A stretch of DNA of 63,960 bases, counting the filler, from Thraustochytrium aureum (Eukaryota), in the NCBI GenBank assembly GCA_012862495.1. It is 5 parts of 4 records of this genome, joined end to end, with 100 filler letters (N's around TTAATTAATTAA, not from the genome) between each part and the next. Parts side by side here need not be neighbours in the genome. Positions count along the whole stretch, not along the records: positions 51,881 to 59,073 come from BLSG01000268.1; positions 59,174 to 63,960 come from BLSG01000275.1; 3 more parts are not named here. The stretch is one strand, 5' to 3'. Position numbers and translations under genes: made by a program. The number at the start of each line of letters is the position of its first letter. The first letter of the stretch is position 1. The notes beneath the pieces are model-generated. The model saw only the letters and a list, made by a program, of their open reading frames with translations, did no database searches and was not told where the DNA came from. Below, piece after piece: positions 57,136 to 63,960 of this stretch.

Positions 57136-59054
57136 TGCCTCCTCCTCCTCCTCCTCGTCGTCGTCGTCGTCGTCCTCCTCCTCGTCCTCGGCCTCGTCCA
57201 ACAGCAAAGACGTGGGGCGCGGCGGCGAAAAGGCAGCGAGCAAGGCCGAGGAAGCGGCACAAGCGACGCCGAATCGCGCTGGCAGCAAAAAGCGCGGCCG
57301 CGATGGCGCAGACGAGGCGGCGGTGCGAGACGGCAAGAAGCGAAAGGCAGAGTCTAGCGGCGATGTCTCGCGCACGGACGACGCCGGCGAAAAATAGTGA
57401 TAGCAGCAGCAGCAGCAGCAGTAGCAGCAGCAGCAGCGATCCCGCCGCTCCTTCGCAGCAGCCGTCGCCGCAACCGACCAAATCGGCTTTGAAGGGCAAG
57501 CGGGGCAGCACGAGCAAGTCGCCTGAAGACGAGGACGCAGTGACCCGCAAGCGCGTTTCGTTTTCGACAGAATTTGCGCAGTCCTCCGACTCGGACGACG
57601 ACGGCTCGGACGACGATGGTGGCGCCAAGGGCCCCGCAGAGGCCCGAGCCGGCGCGAGCCGGCAGACCAACGTGGTCGTGCCGCTTGGCCATCCAGTCAA
57701 GCTTGTGACTCGCGCGAGCGGCGGGGCGCACGGCCTGTTGGCAACATTTCCGCAGTCTAGCGAGACAGCCAAGCGCGCCGAGTTTGGCCTCTTCCAGCAC
57801 AAGAGCAGCAGCAGGGCGCACCAGACAATCCTTTTTGCACAGTCCCATGAGGTGCAGATGGAGGCGCGCAACTTCGGCCCGGGCAACGACCCCGCAGACA
57901 AGCTGTGTCGGTACCTCGTTTTCCGGTACAGCCCCGCGCGGCGCGAAGCCGTGCTGCTCAACACGGAGACGCACCTGCAGTTTCCCTTCCAAGTGCGCAC
58001 ACGGTGCGGCATCTCCCGACCCCGAATGTGGCCATGCTTGTCGACAGCGTTGACGAGGAGGACGAGGGGGACCAAGGACGACGCCGACAGCCCCGCCGAG
58101 GGAAGCGCCGAGGCCAAGCAAGCCAAGTCTGAGCGGCAGAGCAAGCTCTACTGGGAACGGCGCAACGCCCTCATGGAGAGCTTCGGCAGCGCCCGGGCCA
58201 AAAAGTCGATGGCCTCTGCTGCGCAAAACCGCGTCAACGCCAGCGCCGTCATTGCTGTCGGCGCCGTGACCAGTATCCTGGAGAAATCGGCGGTGGAGGC
58301 AGCCAAGGACAGCTCGCGCGAAGAGGGCCAAGACAAGACACGGCGAGACGTGCTCCCACCCTATAATGCCGACGCGACCACGGTGAGCCAGGTTTACGTC
58401 GAGAAGGAAATTATCTCTGCAGAAGAGCGGGCTGCTATGGAAGAGTTTGTCAAGGCGCTCGCCAAATCAGCGCGGAGCGTGGATGCTGTGCAGGCAATGG
58501 AGAGCCGCAAAGAGATTTCGCCTTTCACGGCGGACCACCTGCGGCGCGTCGTCACGGGCGAAGTGCGTGAGAAGAAGGCGGTGCGCTTCCTGCTGCGGAT
58601 CGTGGGCTACATCGAGGCCCTCCTGCGCTTTCACCAGGAGCCGCGCATGATCCGCAAGGCGGACCCTCGGGCGCTGTCCGAGCGCCTCAAAGGCGTCCCG
58701 CCCGTCGTGTGTGAGGCATTCTTGCAGAGCTTCACGGAACCTGGGCCTGGGGGGCCGCGGGACGAATCGCGCTCCAAGTCGAAGAAGGGCTCGGACAGGC
58801 TGATTTTGCGTATCCTTGCGCTGGTTCTGATTGTGGAGAACTTTCAGCTGCCGGGCCGCCGTGTCGATCTGCTTTCGCGCACTTTTACGCAGCCTTCCAA
58901 GTGGGTGCTGGACTACCTCCAGCAGCTCGGCTGCCAAGTGCGGGAGGATCGCGAGTCGGCCTCGACCACCGAGGGAGGCAAGAGCGCCGCGGCAAGCGCG
59001 CTGCGCTCACCCTGCCCTCTTACCTTCCCGGTGGCCTACCGCGGGCGCCGCTGA
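57136..59054 (+). CDS. RPA49: RNA polymerase I subunit A49 (RPA49/POLR1E), 5'-partial, frameshifts near 57392 and a compensating pair near 57995/58068
   Basis: RNALMESFGSARAKKSM...NRVN, VLPPYNADATTVSQVY...IIS, DRLILRILALVL and YLQQLGC match the A49 family. Confidence 0.88.
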
Positions 59055-59073
59055 GCGAGCGCTTGATTGCTGC

Positions 59074-59173
59074 NNNNNNNNNNNNNNNNNNNNNNNNNNN
59101 NNNNNNNNNNNNNNNNNTTAATTAATTAANNNNNNNNNNNNNNNNNNNNNNNNNNNNNNNNNNNNNNNNNNNN
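59074..59173. other. Artificial scaffold linker
   Basis: TTAATTAATTAA at 59118-59129 flanked by N44. Confidence 0.98.
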
Positions 59174-60507
59174 CGGAGGACATGGTTGCTGATGCCTTTG
59201 CTGTCTGGTGTTGAAGAGCTTTGGTCTTGTTGGTTGCGTTTCGGGTCTGGATGATTTGGGTCGAGTGCGATCCGGCCGAGTCAACACCGCGTGGGATGGA
59301 TGGGATAGACCTTGGCTGGCATTTTTAAAGTTGTTGCGCTGGGCAGAAGAGCGTTGAACACAGAGATAGCGGATCCAGGATGTAGCAGAAGATCTTGCCG
59401 CTCCTTGAAGCAGGTTGGCCATTTTGGCCTACAACGAAAGTGGGTTGAGCAAACCCAGTGATTCGTTCTACAGCAGAGCGGGAAGGGCGGCAGTTCTCAT
59501 TGACATTGAGTTTGGGTAGAGTAGAGTAGCACAGATTCAATTTCTCTTGCCACAGGCTTTGTCGAGCGTCCAAGAGAAGCTTTTGCTTTCGTTCCGAAGG
59601 CAACCAGGCTGTCGAGAACGATCGGGCTGCAGCCTGCGCGATCTGGACCGTGACCCAATCGAGCCCATGGCGAATGAATTTGGATGGCAGACTGCACTGC
59701 TAACCTTTTGGCCAATTCAAAAACAATTCGTGTTGGCGGCAAACACGGGGGCTTGAAACGCGTTACCAGCCGAGCCCAGCCAAGCCCAGCCCAGCCCAGC
59801 CCGGCTGTGCCTGAATCAGTGGGACTCGCCTGCCTGCGGTTTCGGCCATCGCGAAGCGTTGGCTAATCATCTCTCTTTTCTTGGCAGTTGTCATCCCAAG
59901 TTGGATCCTTCGTGGTCATCCCGCCTTTCGGATCGGGACTCGAAGCTTCACACGGTTAGCGAACGACGGACGGCTCTCGCAGGGTTGTTTGTGCCACTAG
60001 CAAGCACGTTTCAAAGGTTTCGGTGCGATCTCGCGTCGCGAGCTCCGCTGGAGAAAGCGCAACCCAGCACGAGCTGGACAGCCCACAATGCCATCCAAGC
60101 TCCCACCAGCTATGCATTCACGAGAGCAAACGTGTGACGGCCTCCTCGGGCGCGCCACTGTTCGCCGATCGGATCCCCAAAGCCAAAAAAGAATCGCAGC
60201 CGCTCTCGGCAGCCCATCTCCTTCACCCGGGAACCAGATCAGCCCTGTCAGTGGGCGCTCAAGAGCGCATATCCGCGCCACCAACGCCACGGCTGCTCGA
60301 TTGCTCGTGCGCCTTGCCTTTCTTTCCACTCCGAGTCGTCAGTCCATGACAGCCAGCCAGCCATGCGCGATCAAAGCTGCCGGCCTTGCTTGCCAGGGAA
60401 AGAAAACGCGGCTTCCTTCCCTCCGCACTCCGTCAGCCTCGCACGAACACGGAAGACAGAGAGAGCCCCGCGCGCCGCAGAGCGGACGTCGGAACGACGG
60501 AACGAAG

Positions 60508-60508
60508 C

Positions 60509-60543
<35 letters not shown>

Positions 60544-60560
60544 GCTGGCTGGCTGGCTGG
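60508..60560. repeat. (GGCT)n microsatellite
   Basis: Read directly. Related (GCCT)/(GGCA) tracts lie at about 10937-10975, 12881-12920 and 56337-56365. Confidence 0.85.
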
Positions 60561-63500
60561 CAGCGGCGTGGCAGGCGAATCGCGTCGGAACGAGCATCGC
60601 TCGATCGCGAACGCTCGACCGCGAACGCTCGACGTACTCGATCGAAGGCAAGAGCAGCAGGCAGTGCAGCCAGTCGACCCATGAACCCGCCCAACGGCCT
60701 CGCTCGGCTCGAGGCCCTGAATCCCCTGATTCATTTCACTTCGCCAAGCGGTACCGGGCAAGGCGCGCCAAGGCATGCAGCCAACCACGTGCCGCTTCCT
60801 GAGAGGGTGCGCGGCGACATCCTGGCGAGCGCGAGAGAGATCCTGGTCGGCAGGCTGCATCTCGAGCGAGCTCTCGAGCTCTCAAGCGAGCGAGCGTGGC
60901 AACAGTGGCAAGATACGCCTAGAGGTACTTACAACGAAGCACTTGTTCCATTCCATTTCTTTACGGCATCGCGAACAGATGGTCGCCAGCCGTCATGGCG
61001 CTCGCGCAGATGCGCCGAAGGCAAGAAAGGCTTGCTCGCGCTCCCGCCAGGGCTGGCCGGCTGGCGGGCCGCCTGGTGGGCTCGTCGAGGTGTCGGTGGG
61101 ACAAGCTCGGAGCGAAGCCGTATCCTCCGCAAAACGCTCGCGTGCAGCAACCAGGCCGTGCAGCGCCACCGCGCTGGGAGGCGTCGCCGGGGCGTGGCTG
61201 TGTCGCTGGCGAGCGCAAGATTTTGCCCGGACCCTGTTCAGCAGCCGCTCGCACGGGTGAGGTACGACAGGTAGGTAGGGAGGTACGTCGTTGAGGCCGC
61301 CGACTGGAGCTCTTCGGCCTGGAGCAAGTAGAGCAGGAGTACCTTCCGCTCCTTCGAGAGCCGCGCTGTCACGCAACGGCAAGCAAACAGGCGCCCACCT
61401 GCTCCCACGGTTGACCAAATGCGAATGGGACACTTTCCGATGGGTGCGCTGGGTGACTGCAACGGGTCGGGTCGGTGGTTCGGCACAAAATAGTGGAGAG
61501 GTTCGCATGCATACCCCGCTGTTCCACTGACACAGACACGGACCAGACCATGGGGGCCAGACCATGGGGGCCCAGACCATGCGGGCTGGAAGCCAAATGC
61601 GAATCAAATGGCGAAACGCTTGACGGAAGACAGCCTTGCGACGCTCAAGTTGACACGAGACGTCCGTGAAAATCTTACGTGCTGATTGATGGTCACTTGC
61701 GGATCATGGCAGAGCGGCTTGCCGCCCACGAGCTTCCCCGCGCCAGCCCCAACGACCAGTGGCTGGCTGGCTGGAACGGTCTACAGTTTTATTTGCTAGG
61801 GCAGACCGCGTCACCGAAAAATGTGCAGTACACGGCGACGCCGTGGTCGCCGACGCCCCACGAGTAGTAGGGCCGGTCGCGCTCCTCGGGGTAGCTGCAG
61901 TTCTGGCAGCGCATCGTTNNNNNNNNNNNNNNNNNNNNNNNNNNNNNNNNNNNNNNNNNNNNNNNNNNNNNNNNNNNNNNNNNNNNNNNNNNNNNNNNNN
62001 NNNNNNNNNNNNNNNNNNNNNNNNNNNNNNNNNNNNNNNNNNNNNNNNNNNNNNNNNNNNNNNNNNNNNNNNNNNNNNNNNNNNNNNNNNNNNNNNNNNN
62101 NNNNNNNNNNNNNNNNNNNNNNNNNNNNNNNNNNNNNNNNNNNNNNNNNNNNNNNNNNNNNNNNNNNNNNNNNNNNNNNNNNNNNNNNNNNNNNNNNNNN
62201 NNNNNNNNNNNNNNNNNNNNNNNNNNNNNNNNNNNNNNNNNNNNNNNNNNNNNNNNNNNNNNNNNNNNNNNNNNNNNNNNNNNNNNNNNNNNNNNNNNNN
62301 NNNNNNNNNNNNNNNNNNNNNNNNNNNNNNNNNNNNNNNNNNNNNNNNNNNNNNNNNNNNNNNNNNNNNNNNNNNNNNNNNNNNNNNNNNNNNNNNNNNN
62401 NNNNNNNNNNNNNNNNNNNNNNNNNNNNNNNNNNNNNNNNNNNNNNNNNNNNNNNNNNNNNNNNNNNNNNNNNNNNNNNNNNNNNNNNNNNNNNNNNNNN
62501 NNNNNNNNNNNNNNNNNNNNNNNNNNNNNNNNNNNNNNNNNNNNNNNNNNNNNNNNNNNNNNNNNNNNNNNNNNNNNNNNNNNNNNNNNNNNNNNNNNNN
62601 NNNNNNNNNNNNNNNNNNNNNNNNNNNNNNNNNNNNNNNNNNNNNNNNNNNNNNNNNNNNNNNNNNNNNNNNNNNNNNNNNNNNNNNNNNNNNNNNNNNN
62701 NNNNNNNNNNNNNNNNNNNNNNNNNNNNNNNNNNNNNNNNNNCACGAGGAGGGCCTTGATTTTGCTGCCATGGCGCTGCGTGAAACCTGGCATGAGGTCT
62801 TGGTTCGTAGCTTGAGGATGCTCGCTGAGCGGATTGACCGCGACGATGGAAGCCATGGTCGCCGATGCTTTGAGGGTTGGTGCTGCAGAGCGCGTGGTCT
62901 TCTTGCTCGCTTGCTTGCTGCTTTGGGGTCTGTTGGATCTGGATGGGTCGTCTTGATCGAGTTGCCATCGTTGCAAGCCGTGATCCCAGTACAAAGGGAA
63001 AGAGACTGGCTGCAGTCGCAAGGCTTGCTTGAGCCCAAAGCGATGGACCGGCCGCTAGTAGCTCTGCTTTCGGCGGCGCCGCAGGCTTTGGGATGATCCG
63101 CCAGACGGACAAAACGCCAGGTTCACAACGAGGTTGTACAGAGCTCCATCGGAGCCCATGGCAAGCCGCTTGCCATCTGCGCTTGCCATCTGCGCTTGCC
63201 AGTGTTTTGCGCTCGCCAGTGTTTTGCCCTTACAAACAAGGCGCATCCATGCGCTCCGCGACTCGGAGTGCCGCGAACAAGGTGACGTGCAGAAGAAGTT
63301 TAGCGGAAAGTGCTCGGGAAAACACGTGCCACCATTCCGGCAGCTGCATGCACACTACTGTACTCTAGCTACGTCGCGCCCGCGCGCCAAACGCCCAGCC
63401 TTCTTGCGTCTGTCTGCGCCAATGCAATCGCGACCGAATCTTCGTTGTATCCGTGATGCATCCAAGCGCGAGTACGTTAGGTACTCCAAGTACTTCATCC

Positions 63501-63960
63501 GTACGACCCAGTCCACGACCCCTTCAGCTGATTCCACGATGCCGAGCGAGTACCTACCGCCTGCAGCCCAGATGCGCGCAGAGTCGGATCTGCCACCTTG
63601 CGCGTCAACAGATGTTCATTTTTCGACGCGTCAAGGTCGACGCGCAAGCGTTGCGGGCTGCAACTCCGAGCCACCCATTGGCATTCGCAGAAAACACTGC
63701 CGACTATGCGTGCTGGTCGTGGCCCGGCAGGGTGGGCGCTACAAAACGATGTTCGATCGCATGACGCGATGGCCGGGGCAACTCGCTTCCACTGGCCGTC
63801 CCGCTGTCAAGATAGCGGACTTAGGGGTTACGGTGCACTGGACACGAGATGATCACTGAAAAGTTGGATTGGATTTCTGGACGGTGGCGCGCCACAAGCC
63901 ACATCGGGTCAAAAAGTAGTAAACAACACAGGCTGCCCTGGAGCACGTGGCAGCCGCGCA

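Noticed and set aside
59174..63960. ORFs in the last scaffold, including a possible minus-strand gene ending ...YCTFFGDAVCPSK* at 61789
   Set aside because: No recognisable domains, and most of the candidate lies in a gap. No transposase or reverse-transcriptase motifs were seen.

Overview
This is a GC-rich, intron-poor eukaryotic nuclear sequence from a gapped draft assembly. It is probably a protist, possibly thraustochytrid/labyrinthulomycete-like; that assignment is inference. Four artificial 100-bp linkers (N44-TTAATTAATTAA-N44) join five pieces: 1-15653, 15754-33930, 34031-51780, 51881-59073 and 59174-63960. Gene order across linkers therefore means nothing. Many genes carry single-base frameshifts, mostly in homopolymers and in both directions, consistent with sequencing error. 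Recognisable genes are XPB/ERCC3, an SGNH-like + acyltransferase-3 + GPEDPR/EKNW fusion, a WAPL-like fragment, a tandem GYF protein, a Byr4/Bfa1-like protein, two large IQ/EF-hand proteins, a CAMK-group kinase, an ADCY10-like soluble adenylyl cyclase, PDCD2L, WDR74/NSA1, a PTS2-bearing acyl-CoA oxidase, TMEM144, a cyanobacterial-type GST, mitochondrial uL13, MARCH6/Doa10 and RPA49. There are also two transcription-factor-like orphans. The most striking non-coding feature is an array at about 49697-50005, where GCTGRCGTCAT and CGCCAT are separated by exactly 25 bp six times although the spacer sequence diverges. A CTAG/AGCT-rich motif also recurs downstream of gene 3' ends.
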